This document shows positions 48,786-58,611 of a stretch of 64,000 nt of DNA, piece by piece. The translations under genes were made by a program, and so were the position numbers. The number at the start of each line of letters is the position of its first letter. Positions within the stretch are counted from its first letter, which is position 1. The notes beneath the pieces were generated by a model. That model did no database searches. It saw nothing but the letters and a program-made list of their open reading frames with translations, and was not told where the DNA came from. Origin of the DNA: Minisyncoccota bacterium (GTDB lineage Bacteria > Patescibacteriota > Minisyncoccia > UBA6257 > 02-FULL-45-10c); assembly GCA_036517155.1 (NCBI GenBank), contig DATDXY010000019.1, positions 9,913 through 73,912 on the forward strand, written 5' to 3'.

Positions 48786-49430
48786 TCAAATTTTTACGGT
48801 TTTATTGATATAGATTTGTTGAATGATCGCGAATACAGAGGTTGCCAACCAGTACAATCCGACCGCGGATGGTAAATTGGTTAATATTACCAACGTCAGC
48901 ACCGGACCGATAAAAACCATCTGCCGTCCCATTCGTTCTGGCGCGGACAATTCTTTTCCCTCTTGAATTTTTGGCAAGGACAATTTCCCCTGAAAATACT
49001 GGGCAATTGCTGCTAAACCAACCATTACTATACTCTTATCTTGGAGGTTTATCAAATTCAAAAAAACCGGGTGAATACTAGAAAAATCACCCATAAACAC
49101 CTTATACAAGGCGATTAAAATCGGCAACTGAATGAACAAAATAAGAAAATTGGAAAACGGATTTACTTTATGGGTTTTGTACAACTCCATCATTGCCTGC
49201 GCTTGTTTTTCTTTGTTGTCTTTGTGATCGTGCTGAATCTGTTGAAGGAGTGGTTGAATTTTTTGCAGCAATAATTGGTTCTTGGCGCTCTTATAAAATA
49301 ACGGCAACAACACCAATCGAACTAAGAAAGTTAGGATAATAATTGCTATCCCCAGATCGTGAAATGCGGCATTTTCATATAAAAACATCAGGGTCTTCAA
49401 AAGCGGATTATAAAGAAAGGTGTTAAACAT
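48786..49430 (-). CDS. yidC: Membrane protein insertase YidC (short form)
   Basis: 214 aa; LGIAIIILTFLVRLVLLPL…QLPILIALYKV is typical of YidC/Oxa1 TM segments. Confidence 0.85.
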   Translation of the reverse strand: MFNTFLYNPLLKTLMFLYENAAFHDLGIAIIILTFLVRLVLLPLFYKSAKNQLLLQKIQPLLQQIQHDHKDNKEKQAQAMMELYKTHKVNPFSNFLILFIQLPILIALYKVFMGDFSSIHPVFLNLINLQDKSIVMVGLAAIAQYFQGKLSLPKIQEGKELSAPERMGRQMVFIGPVLTLVILTNLPSAVGLYWLATSVFAIIQQIYINKTVKI

Positions 49431-49755
49431 TTTTAAAACATTGTTCTAATTGTAGGATAATTTCTGCCTTTGGTACACGCTTAATGGCAGAACTAACAAT
49501 AATCAACACATCCATTGACGGAATCATCGTAATATAAGTTTGTAAGGCTTGAAATATACTTCGTTTAATCTGATTTCTTTCTACGGCTTTAGCGGCTACT
49601 TGCTTGCTGACAATTATACCAAAACGGCAGTGGGGGAGGGTAGAATTAAAAAATTTTAATAAAAAAATGTCGCTTTTTTTAGTAAAACGACTTTTTCTAC
49701 CAACTACCCCTTGAATGGGCAGGCGATATTTTTTTGGCAGCATACTACGCCGCAA
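49423..49755 (-). CDS. rnpA: Ribonuclease P protein component
   Basis: 110 aa; LPKKYRL…[24 protein letters not shown] is the RnpA signature; the start may be the Met at MLPKK. Confidence 0.85.
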   Translation of the reverse strand: MRRSMLPKKYRLPIQGVVGRKSRFTKKSDIFLLKFFNSTLPHCRFGIIVSKQVAAKAVERNQIKRSIFQALQTYITMIPSMDVLIIVSSAIKRVPKAEIILQLEQCFKNV

Positions 49756-49879
49756 GACGATTTCGCCCCTTTTGCCGGCGGCGCGACAAAACTCTTCGGC
49801 CGCTGGAAGTCCGGCTTCGCTTTAAAAAGCCATGAGTACGTGCCCGTTTTCTCTTTTTGGGCTGATAAGTTCTGGACAT
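49745..49879 (-). CDS. rpmH: 50S ribosomal protein L34
   Basis: 44 aa from the ATG at 49877-49879: [44 protein letters not shown]. Confidence 0.85.
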   Translation of the reverse strand: MSRTYQPKKRKRARTHGFLKRSRTSSGRRVLSRRRQKGRNRLAA

Positions 49880-49949
49880 AGCCTTGAGCTTATCATACGC
49901 CTTTACAAACATCAACCATCTCATCACAATTAGGAGATATACTCCGGTC

Positions 49950-49980
49950 AAAATGAGTTTTCCACAGATTTTCCACACCT
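49950..49980. promoter_or_regulatory. Two direct DnaA-box-like 9-mers (TTTTCCACA) upstream of dnaA
   Basis: Boxes at 49958-49966 and 49969-49977 (consensus TTWTNCACA), spaced 11 bp apart. Confidence 0.5.
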
Positions 49981-50035
49981 TATTAAGTTTTTCGGCTTTT
50001 GACGCTGGCGTTAGTAAAAACTAGAATTACCTTAC

Positions 50036-51412
50036 ATGGAAGAACTACAACAACTTTGGCAAACCGCGCTTGGAGAAATTGAATTACAAATTTCTCGGCC
50101 AAATTTTGTGACGTGGTTAAAAAATAGCCGGCTTTTAGACAAACAAGAAGGAGTTGCGGTTGTAAGCCTGCCCAATAATTTCGCTAAAGAGTGGGTGGAG
50201 AATAAATATCATAAAATTATTCTGGCCGCGCTTCGAAATATTGATGAGACCACGAAAAAGGTGGAATACACCATCGAGAGTAAATCTGAACAATTATTAA
50301 AATCCCGGCAACGGAAACTGCATCGCGCCGAAGAACCAGTATATGTGGAGCAATCGCCGCTTTTGGAATTGAAGATTGATTCTGAAACCAATCTCAACCC
50401 CCGTTATTCATTAAGTTCTTTTATTGTTGGTTCTTCGAATGAGTTGGCGTACGCCGCCGCTCAAGGAGTCATAAACGAAGTGGGGAAAAAATATAACCCG
50501 TTATTTTTTTACGGTGGGGTAGGATTGGGAAAAACCCACCTTATTCAAGGAATTGGCAATGAAATTAAAAAAGTGTATGAAAATAAAATTAAAGTTAGAT
50601 ATGTTCCTTCAGAAATGTTTTTAAATGAAGTGGTAGCTGGGATTCGTAATAAACGGATGGAGGATATTAAAGAAAAATATCGTTTTGTGGATGTTTTAAT
50701 TATAGATGATATCCAATTTATTGGTGGAAAAGAAAAAACAGAAGAAGAATTTTTCCATACTTTTAATGCGCTGTATGAAAATAATAAGCAAATTATCATC
50801 TCCTCAGATCGTTCCCCTCGATTCTTACCCACCCTACAAGAACGCTTAAGCTCTCGATTTGAGGGGGGGATGGTCTGTGAATTAAACCAACCCGATTTTG
50901 AATTGCGGGTAGCGGTATTAAAAACTAAACTCCAAGATAAAAACAACTCTCTGCCGGACGCGATTATTAACTTAATTGCCGCTAAAGCCCAAAGGAATTT
51001 TCGGGAATTAGATGGGATATTAAATCGAATTCTTTTTTATCAAAACACTAAACACTCTGCCATTTCTGAAAAAGCCGCGGAAGAACTCATTAACGAAACC
51101 ATCCAACAACCAATCAAAAACATAAACCCTAATAACGTTATTAAGGCAGTAGCGGATTATTTTAACGCCCCCATCACCGATCTCACGGGTAGGTCTCGCA
51201 AGAAAACCATGGTAGAACCGCGCCAAATTGCTATGTTTCTTCTGCGTGATATGTTAAATATGTCCTACCCATCTATTGGGGAAAAATTGGGGAAAAGAGA
51301 TCATACCACCGCCATTTATTCTTACGTCAAACTTTCCAAAGATATCGCGAAAAACCAAAATTTGAGTCAAAAAATTATTACCATTAAAGAAATGGTGGAT
51401 AAAATCGTATGA
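50036..51412 (+). CDS. dnaA: Chromosomal replication initiator protein DnaA
   Basis: 458 aa; AAA+ Walker A GGVGLGKTHL, box VII, C-terminal DNA-binding domain. Confidence 0.95.
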   Translation: MEELQQLWQTALGEIELQISRPNFVTWLKNSRLLDKQEGVAVVSLPNNFAKEWVENKYHKIILAALRNIDETTKKVEYTIESKSEQLLKSRQRKLHRAEEPVYVEQSPLLELKIDSETNLNPRYSLSSFIVGSSNELAYAAAQGVINEVGKKYNPLFFYGGVGLGKTHLIQGIGNEIKKVYENKIKVRYVPSEMFLNEVVAGIRNKRMEDIKEKYRFVDVLIIDDIQFIGGKEKTEEEFFHTFNALYENNKQIIISSDRSPRFLPTLQERLSSRFEGGMVCELNQPDFELRVAVLKTKLQDKNNSLPDAIINLIAAKAQRNFRELDGILNRILFYQNTKHSAISEKAAEELINETIQQPIKNINPNNVIKAVADYFNAPITDLTGRSRKKTMVEPRQIAMFLLRDMLNMSYPSIGEKLGKRDHTTAIYSYVKLSKDIAKNQNLSQKIITIKEMVDKIV

Positions 51413-51614
51413 GAACTTATTTGAATAATAACCTGTGGATATATTCTTATTACTTTGTTGGTAAATTAACTAATAAACAACTAATCAAAAATCTTTTAAC
51501 ACCTAACCACAACTTTATTCAGTATGCTTGTGGAGAAAAATACTTGAATTTTATTAGAGATTTCCGATTTATCAACAGATTCTTAATTACCAATAACTAC
51601 TAGATATAAATATT
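51413..51614. other. oriC-like AT-rich dnaA-dnaN spacer with DnaA boxes
   Basis: TGTGGATAT (51435-51443), TGTGGAGAA (51529-51537), TTATCAACA (51569-51577); very AT-rich, consistent with a DNA-unwinding element. Confidence 0.5.
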
Positions 51615-52721
51615 ATGAAATTAATAGTATTACATACTAATTTAAAAAATGGGTTGGGGATTGTGTCTAGGGCTTTAGGGGAGGGTTCAAATCTTCCGAT
51701 TTTAAAAAACGTTTCTATTAAAACATTGAATAATAAGATTCGATTAGTAACTACTAACCTAGAATTAGCCGCTACTCATTATGTATCTGGAAAAATTATA
51801 GAAGAAGGTTCGATTACTGTGCCGTTTTCAATACTATACGGGATTGTTAGTAACTGCGACAGTGAACGAATCACTTTGGAGGTAAAAAATAATACGCTTT
51901 ATTTTCAAACCGATAATTATAATGCCCAAATTCAAGGCCTACCTGAAGAAGAGTTTCCAATTATTCCTAAAATTACCAACGATAAGAATTATATAATTAT
52001 TAATGCCGAATTATTAAAATCCTCACTCTTAAAAGTTGTTTCCGCAGTTCAAATTTCCGAAATTCGACCAGAAATTAGCGGAGTATTATTTAATTTCCAA
52101 TTAACTCATTTCAAGGTGGTTGGAACGGACAGTTTTCGGCTCGCGGAAAAAACTATTTCCGAAAAAGATTTTAAAAGTAATTTCCAAAGAGGATTTCAAG
52201 TAATTATTCCAATTAAAACCATTCAAGAAGTTATTCGGGTAATGAATAATGGTGATGTGGGAGTGTATATTGATCCAAACCAGATTTTATTTAAAACCGA
52301 AGAAGTAGAAATTATTTCCCGGCTTATTGACGGCGCGTATCCGGAATACGAAGCGATTATCCCAAAGGAATTCAGCATAGAATGCGATGTTTCTCAAGAA
52401 TCTTTTATGAATGCGGTTAAATTAGTGAGTAACGTCACTGGAAAAACCAATGATATTATCTTGAAAACTAAAGAAGGAAAAAAAGTATTGGAAGTGTATT
52501 CTGTAAATCAATTTGTCGGCGAAAATCGTTATTTGGTTCCAGCAAAGATTAAAGGCAAGGAATTTGAAGTAGCGTTTAATTGGCGCTATTTAATAGATGG
52601 ATTAAAAAACTTTGAAAGCGAAGAAATATATATAGGCGTAAATCAAGAAAACCGCCCAGTTTTACTCAGAACACCCAACGATTTTAGTTATTTCTATCTT
52701 TTAATGCCGATTAAGAACTAG
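51615..52721 (+). CDS. dnaN: DNA polymerase III beta sliding clamp
   Basis: 368 aa; three-domain clamp architecture immediately after dnaA. Confidence 0.9.
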   Translation: MKLIVLHTNLKNGLGIVSRALGEGSNLPILKNVSIKTLNNKIRLVTTNLELAATHYVSGKIIEEGSITVPFSILYGIVSNCDSERITLEVKNNTLYFQTDNYNAQIQGLPEEEFPIIPKITNDKNYIIINAELLKSSLLKVVSAVQISEIRPEISGVLFNFQLTHFKVVGTDSFRLAEKTISEKDFKSNFQRGFQVIIPIKTIQEVIRVMNNGDVGVYIDPNQILFKTEEVEIISRLIDGAYPEYEAIIPKEFSIECDVSQESFMNAVKLVSNVTGKTNDIILKTKEGKKVLEVYSVNQFVGENRYLVPAKIKGKEFEVAFNWRYLIDGLKNFESEEIYIGVNQENRPVLLRTPNDFSYFYLLMPIKN

Positions 52722-55216
52722 CGAAAGAGGATGATTCGCTTTTCCACACTTTCCCCACCTTCTTTGATGAGACGCAGAGTAAGGTAATTTTGAGTATTCC
52801 ATTGGGATACGAAATTTGAGAATTGATAAGAGAAGTTTTTGGGGAATATTCCTTGCCGTTCATCGATAATCTGATTATTAAGTAGAAGTTGTATTTTTTT
52901 ATAAATATCAGCCGAACCAATTATCGCGTTAACAACCAAAGTGTTTGAGGAAATAAAATCTCCATTTTTCGGCGATTTAATTTCAATAACCGCCTCTTGA
53001 TTAGTGGTGAATATTTCTTCGAGAGCATCAGCGGGAAGAATCTGGTTATAAGATTGGTAAAAATTAGGAATATTTTGCTCTGCCCAACGAATTACCGGCT
53101 CCTCCCAATTTTTAAATTGGGAATCTTTTTCTGGATTTTGCGGGCGTTCTTCTAATGGCGTTTCTTTATTCACGTAAAAAAGGATGTCATGAATATGCGG
53201 ATAGACGATATTGCCAATTTTATATTTTACTACATAATCTCCGCGAAGCATGGCTTTATCCGGCGTGATTGGATCGGGTTTAGAAAAAGTGCTTAGCGGT
53301 TTATCTTTTAAAGCTTCTTTCATAAAATTACTCCACATTGGCAAGGCAGCAAGTAAGCTGCTGCCCTGTTGTTGCATGGCGATATTATCGTTATTGCCGG
53401 CCCATACTCCAACTACAAATTGCGGAGTGTAACCAATCGTCCACGCATCATGGTAATCGTTGGTTGTGCCGGTTTTTAATGCTACTTCTTGGTTCGGGAA
53501 AAGGGTGAGTGGCAAACTATTCACAAAGAGCGACGATCGCGCTTTTATATCCATGAGAACGTCATTAACTAGACGAACCGATTGTTTATCTGCTACTTCT
53601 TGTGAATTATCCCGATACGATTCCAAAGTTTCTCCTCGGCTGTTCGTAATAGAAATAATAAACGTTTGTTGACGACGGACGCCGTCTTGGGCGAATACCG
53701 AATACGCGCCCACAAGCTCTAAGAGCTTAATTTCTCCGCCCCCCAACACCAAAGAAAGGCCGTAACGACTTCGTTCGGTTAGTGTGGTGATGCCAAAATC
53801 TTTTGCTGTTTCCAAAGTATCATCAATACCCGCAAGATATAGTGTTTTTACCGCTGGAATGTTGATAGATTGCGCCAGAGCGTTACGAAGATTTACTGGC
53901 CCGCGAAAATAACCATCAAAATTGTGTGGGTGAAAACACTCATCATTCTCATTGGTAAAATCTACTTGCAGCGGACAACTAGGATTATTTGCGGCAAATT
54001 CTGTAGGAAGATCAAATACCATACTGTCTGGGGAATAACCCTTATAAAATGCCGTGTAATAAGCAAATGGCTTCATAGCCGAACCCGGTTGGCGCAATCC
54101 TTGGATGGCCACATTAAAATTTCCTTCAAAGTGGCAATTTTTTCCAGGGGCGCAGTCTTTTGGTTCTACTGGAGCAAAGTAATCTTTGGAACCAACCAGC
54201 GCTACTATCTGGCCATTAGTGGCGTCCTGAGCGACAAGGGCAGCGTTATGACCCTTATAAAGGTCGGTATTTCGGGCCGCTCCTTCTAGTACGGCTTTTT
54301 CCGCGATTTGTTGCAAATTCCAATCTAGGGTAGTAATCACATTGAGCCCAGAGGATTCAACAAAGTCCTCCCCATATTTACTATTAAGATATTCCTGCAC
54401 TGCAAGAACAAAATGCGGCGCCTTAATACCCGTTGCTTTAGGGGCGAATTCTAATTTCGCTCGTTGCGCGCGTTCCAACTCTTCTTTATCAATATAACCA
54501 GCCGTAAACATTTGTTGTAAAACAGAATCTTTTCTAGCGAGTAGTTCATCTAAATGGTTGCCCCACGGCGAATAATAACTTGGCGCGTTAGGCAAGCTGA
54601 CGAGCGTTGCGGCTTCGGCTAAAGTCAGATCTCCGGATTTTTTTCGAAAAAAAGTTTGACTGGCCGCTTCAATGCCGTACGCATTGCCGCCATAAGGAAT
54701 TTGGTTAAGGTAGAGATTCAAAATTTGATCTTTGGTATAGCGTTTTTCCAATTCAATCGCCACAAATAATTCTTTGATTTTTCTAGTTGCTGTTTTTTCA
54801 TCGGAAAGAAAAGCTTTTTTTGCTAATTGCTGGGTGATTGTGGAACCACCTTGGGAATATTGGCCGCTGATAAAATCTTTAAATAAAGCCCGGAGAATTG
54901 ATCGCCAGTCAAAGGCCGGATGATTGTAAAAATTGCCATCCTCAATCGCAATCGTCGCTTGTTTGACATAATCAGGTATTTCTTCAAATGGGATTATAGT
55001 TCGTTTCTCTTCGCCATGAATTTCGTATAATAAAACCTTGCCGGTTCGGTCGTAAATTTTTGTGGATTGATTTACTTTGCGTTGTTCAAATTGTTCTGGT
55101 TTTGGGAGGTCGTTGATAAGCAGCGCAAGATAAAACAAACCAGATACTCCAACCACCAAACTTCCCCAACCCGCGTAAGCAAGCCAGCGGGGGATTTTAG
55201 AATTACGGCGAGACAT
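52718..55216 (-). CDS. Penicillin-binding protein 1A family (bifunctional glycosyltransferase/transpeptidase)
   Basis: 832 aa; N-terminal TM, GT51 motifs (AIEDGNFYNHPAFD, GGSTITQQ), transpeptidase SAMKP (SxxK) and KTGT. Confidence 0.9.
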   Translation of the reverse strand: MSRRNSKIPRWLAYAGWGSLVVGVSGLFYLALLINDLPKPEQFEQRKVNQSTKIYDRTGKVLLYEIHGEEKRTIIPFEEIPDYVKQATIAIEDGNFYNHPAFDWRSILRALFKDFISGQYSQGGSTITQQLAKKAFLSDEKTATRKIKELFVAIELEKRYTKDQILNLYLNQIPYGGNAYGIEAASQTFFRKKSGDLTLAEAATLVSLPNAPSYYSPWGNHLDELLARKDSVLQQMFTAGYIDKEELERAQRAKLEFAPKATGIKAPHFVLAVQEYLNSKYGEDFVESSGLNVITTLDWNLQQIAEKAVLEGAARNTDLYKGHNAALVAQDATNGQIVALVGSKDYFAPVEPKDCAPGKNCHFEGNFNVAIQGLRQPGSAMKPFAYYTAFYKGYSPDSMVFDLPTEFAANNPSCPLQVDFTNENDECFHPHNFDGYFRGPVNLRNALAQSINIPAVKTLYLAGIDDTLETAKDFGITTLTERSRYGLSLVLGGGEIKLLELVGAYSVFAQDGVRRQQTFIISITNSRGETLESYRDNSQEVADKQSVRLVNDVLMDIKARSSLFVNSLPLTLFPNQEVALKTGTTNDYHDAWTIGYTPQFVVGVWAGNNDNIAMQQQGSSLLAALPMWSNFMKEALKDKPLSTFSKPDPITPDKAMLRGDYVVKYKIGNIVYPHIHDILFYVNKETPLEERPQNPEKDSQFKNWEEPVIRWAEQNIPNFYQSYNQILPADALEEIFTTNQEAVIEIKSPKNGDFISSNTLVVNAIIGSADIYKKIQLLLNNQIIDERQGIFPKNFSYQFSNFVSQWNTQNYLTLRLIKEGGESVEKRIILFR

Positions 55217-55303
55217 ATTGTTTTTATTGTATCATTTTCCTCCAAAATAAATCCCGCCCCATCAATATTGTATTGAAAGGGCGGGTACGATTACGGACTA
55301 GAA

Positions 55304-55507
55304 TTAATAACTATCGGTTTCATCTCCCCAGTCTTTGTCCAGTTTTTTTTCACCAAACTCATCATCTTCCTCATTGTCGTTGTCTGGTGATTCTAATTCC
55401 TCGGTTTCTATTGGTTTTTCATCCTCCTTGAAGTCAAAATCCCCATCGCTGTTTGGCTTTCTCTTCTTAAAAGCAATGGTTGGATTAAGAGTGATAACCG
55501 CGTGCAT
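55304..55507 (-). CDS. Small highly acidic protein (hypothetical)
   Basis: 67 aa, C-terminal half extremely D/E-rich. Own sigma70-like promoter on the minus strand (TTGACA-17-TATACT at about 55563-55595). Confidence 0.35.
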   Translation of the reverse strand: MHAVITLNPTIAFKKRKPNSDGDFDFKEDEKPIETEELESPDNDNEEDDEFGEKKLDKDWGDETDSY

Positions 55508-55626
55508 TTCTGTACAATATCGTTATCGTTTTATAATGTTCTTTTTCTCGACTCCGGAAAAAGAAGGTATGATTTACCAAGAGTATAGGACACTTATTTT
55601 AGTTGTCAACCCCGTTCATATCCCCC

Positions 55627-56106
55627 TTAATTAAGGTCGTCGGTGACGTGATGATAAGCAGCGGTTAAGGCAACGGCTAGAGCGTCGCTGGCATCATCGT
55701 GGCCGCTGAGCGATGGGATTTTCAGGCTGATACAGACCATTTTAGCGATGGCTTTTTTATCCGCATGTCCGTAACCCGCTACGGTTTTTTTTATTGTTGT
55801 GGGATCGTATTCTCGGAAACGTAAGCCATGTTTTTGGATTTCCGCAATTAAGGCGCCACGAGTTTGGGCAACCGCAATGCCAGTTTTTCGATTTTTGGCA
55901 AAATAGATTTTTTCCACCGCCACCAGCGCCGGTTGCAATTCTTTCAACAACGCGGAAAAGCCTTGAACCGCTTCCTGGATTTGGATCGCCGGATCCCGGG
56001 AAATAATTTCTAAAGTCCCATAGCGCAGCAGCGACGGTTCCCGGTCATATTCAATGGCGCCGTAACCGATACGTGAACTTCCCGGATCAACACCAAGAAT
56101 AATCAT
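55627..56106 (-). CDS. ruvC: Crossover junction endodeoxyribonuclease RuvC
   Basis: 159 aa; MIILGVDPGSSRIGYG…, catalytic acidic residues conserved. Confidence 0.9.
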   Translation of the reverse strand: MIILGVDPGSSRIGYGAIEYDREPSLLRYGTLEIISRDPAIQIQEAVQGFSALLKELQPALVAVEKIYFAKNRKTGIAVAQTRGALIAEIQKHGLRFREYDPTTIKKTVAGYGHADKKAIAKMVCISLKIPSLSGHDDASDALAVALTAAYHHVTDDLN

Positions 56107-56627
56107 GCGGAGGTAGTTACTCGCTGAATGTCATCGTGTTCTTGTAGAGCATCCACCAGCGCGGCGAGTTGGGTTTTGGCCGTTTCGGAAATTGATTGGG
56201 GAAACTTTGCTTCCCATTCCTTATTTTGGTTTTGAGCAAAAGACCACAAGACGCTTCCCGGGGTGGCGATTTTTGCATTGTGTTCAGAGAGTAGATGTTT
56301 GATTTCCGCAATCGTTCGGTTTTTATTATCCGTAATCGCTTCAATAATCAGCGCCGCCCCCTCCGGACCATAAGCTTCAATCACCAATTCCTCCAAATTT
56401 TTATTTTCAGAAGATTTATCAATCGCCCGCTCAATATTTTCTTGAGGCACATTGTTTTCCTTGGCTTTTTCCATCGCGGAACGAAGACGGGGATTGAACT
56501 GAGGGTTGGGCTCAGTCTTGGCGGCAATGGCAATGGCCTTAAGAAGCTTAGAAAATAGTTGACCGCGTTTTTTGTCCGCGGCGCCTTTATAGTTTTTTAT
56601 TTGTGACCATTTATTGTGTCCGGACAT
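56103..56627 (-). CDS. yebC: YebC/PmpR family transcriptional regulator (shortened)
   Basis: 174 aa; N-terminal MSGHNKWSQIKNYKGAADKKRGQLFSKL matches YebC; about 70 aa shorter than canonical. Confidence 0.75.
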   Translation of the reverse strand: MSGHNKWSQIKNYKGAADKKRGQLFSKLLKAIAIAAKTEPNPQFNPRLRSAMEKAKENNVPQENIERAIDKSSENKNLEELVIEAYGPEGAALIIEAITDNKNRTIAEIKHLLSEHNAKIATPGSVLWSFAQNQNKEWEAKFPQSISETAKTQLAALVDALQEHDDIQRVTTSA

Positions 56628-56696
56628 AATAGAATTTCAGCCTCGTTATAAGATAAAGATAGGATAAAGACACATAAAGTTCAATTAGACAATAAT

Positions 56697-58406
56697 TTGC
56701 TTGAAGTTTTTAAAAAAAAGATTTACAGTCTAAGTATTATTATGGCTCAGGAACTTGGTGGTATTCTATCCAAAGCGCGTCGAGAAGGAGAAGAGCGAGA
56801 TGCTCAGCGTCGCGCTACCAAGTCAGGTTTAAAGTATATTGAACTCGCAACGATGCCGGTGGAAGTGGACGCACTGGATTTAATTCCGGAAACTCAAGCA
56901 AAAACTGCCCGGGTTGCGGTGATTGAGTATAAAAATAAAAATGCGGTATTAGCAGTATCGAATCCAGACGAGTCCGCTGTTAAAACAATTACAAAAGAAT
57001 TAGAAACCAAAGGATTAAAAGTAAAAATTGTTGTAGTATCGCTGACTGGCCTGCAACACGCTTGGGAATTCTATAAATTTGTTGTGCCAAAAACCGCCCC
57101 GATTACTGGCAGAATTGATATTGATAAAGATAGGATCGAAGCATTAGAGAAAAAATTAACTACTCCAGAATTTGTTCGAACCGAAATTCAATCTTTTGAT
57201 TTTAGAAAACTGCCTACCGCTCAAGTGTTGGAAATCGTACTGGCCGGCGCTTTAGCTAACCGCGTATCGGATATTCACTTTGAGCCAGCCAAAGAGGAAG
57301 TAAAATTACGTTATCGAATTGACGGCGATTTGCATGATGTGATGGCGGATTTAGGCAAGCCGATTTATAGCCACCTTTCTTCGCGTATTAAACTGCTCGC
57401 CAACCTGAAACTAAACGTTCTAGATGAAGCCCAAGACGGACGAATTAGTATTGGCTTAGGCGGAAAGGATATTGAATTACGGGTGGCGGTAGCGCCATCG
57501 GAATTCGGCGAAGTAATCGTCATGCGTGTGTTGGATCCGGACGCGATCAGTTTGGGATTGACCGAACTGGGTTTGCGGAAAGATGATTTGGAAATTATTA
57601 AAAAAGAATTGAATCGGCCGAATGGGATGATACTCAATACCGGCCCGACCGGCTCCGGCAAAACCACGACGCTCTATGCCTTTTTAAAAGATAAATATTC
57701 TCCGGAAATAAAAATAATTACTATTGAAGACCCGATTGAATATCATTTGCCCGGCATTGAACAGACCCAAGTGGATCCGAAGGCAAATTATACTTTTGCC
57801 AACGGCCTGCGTTCGCTGATGCGCCAGGATCCGGACGTGATTTTAATCGGCGAGGTCCGGGATAAAGAAACCGCGACCATTGCGATTCAGGCGGCTTTAA
57901 CCGGCCATTTGGTTTTCTCTACTGTGCATGCCAATCAAGCCGCCGGGGCGATTCCGCGGTTAGTGGATTTAGGAGTGAAACCGACCAGTATCGGTCCGGC
58001 GCTTAATTTAATTATCGCCCAGCGTTTAGTGAAGCGCTTGTGCCCGAAGTGCAAAGTATCGGAAAAAATTGATGCAACCAAAAAAACCAAGTTAGAAAAA
58101 TTGGTGAAATCCTTACCAAAACGTGTAGATATCAAAGGATATTTGAAATTTGAACTTTACCAGCCGAAGGGCTGTAAAGCTTGCGGTGATAGCGGTTATC
58201 GCGGTCGAGTCGCTATTTATGAACTGCTGCAAATTACCAAAGAAGTAGAAAAATTAATGAGCCAAGAAGGCGGTGAAATTGAAATCCAAGAATTCGCTCT
58301 GCGGCAGGGGATGGTAACGATGCAACAGGATGGGGTGTTAAAAGCCCTGGAAGGCGTGACAACGCTCGAGGAGGTGGAGAAGATTACTGGTCCTTTAGAA
58401 ATTTAA
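56697..58406 (+). CDS. pilB: GspE/PilB-family type II/IV secretion (type IV pilus assembly) ATPase
   Basis: 569 aa; N-terminal T2SSE_N-like domain, Walker A GPTGSGKTTTLY, Asp/His boxes, tetracysteine CPKC…CKAC. Confidence 0.85.
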   Translation: MLEVFKKKIYSLSIIMAQELGGILSKARREGEERDAQRRATKSGLKYIELATMPVEVDALDLIPETQAKTARVAVIEYKNKNAVLAVSNPDESAVKTITKELETKGLKVKIVVVSLTGLQHAWEFYKFVVPKTAPITGRIDIDKDRIEALEKKLTTPEFVRTEIQSFDFRKLPTAQVLEIVLAGALANRVSDIHFEPAKEEVKLRYRIDGDLHDVMADLGKPIYSHLSSRIKLLANLKLNVLDEAQDGRISIGLGGKDIELRVAVAPSEFGEVIVMRVLDPDAISLGLTELGLRKDDLEIIKKELNRPNGMILNTGPTGSGKTTTLYAFLKDKYSPEIKIITIEDPIEYHLPGIEQTQVDPKANYTFANGLRSLMRQDPDVILIGEVRDKETATIAIQAALTGHLVFSTVHANQAAGAIPRLVDLGVKPTSIGPALNLIIAQRLVKRLCPKCKVSEKIDATKKTKLEKLVKSLPKRVDIKGYLKFELYQPKGCKACGDSGYRGRVAIYELLQITKEVEKLMSQEGGEIEIQEFALRQGMVTMQQDGVLKALEGVTTLEEVEKITGPLEI

Positions 58407-58407
58407 G

Positions 58408-58574
58408 GTTAAGAGTGCATTGATCTGTGGGCAAAGATTCGCTTGGCGCGAAAAGTGTAGGACTCTTTCAAAAAAGATTTAAAAGAGGTTAGAATTGCTC
58501 TGAGGAGTGGTCTCGCCGAAGCCAAACCATCCTTCAAAAATCAATTCCCGCCCACAGATCAATATACTCTTAAC
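58408..58574. repeat. 167 bp element bounded by 25 bp near-perfect inverted repeats (MITE-like or long-hairpin RNA)
   Basis: Left arm GTTAAGAGTGCATTGATCTGTGGGC (58408-58432); right arm GCCCACAGATCAATATACTCTTAAC (58550-58574); 23 of 25 positions are complementary. Confidence 0.5.
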
Positions 58575-58611
58575 TACGGGATAGTATATCATAAAGTAAT
58601 TATTTTGTCAA

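Noticed and set aside
51409-51603. 64 aa ORF in the dnaA-dnaN spacer
   Set aside because: It lies in the AT-rich oriC-like spacer containing DnaA boxes, its translation is low-complexity (N/Y/I/L-rich), and it has no RBS.
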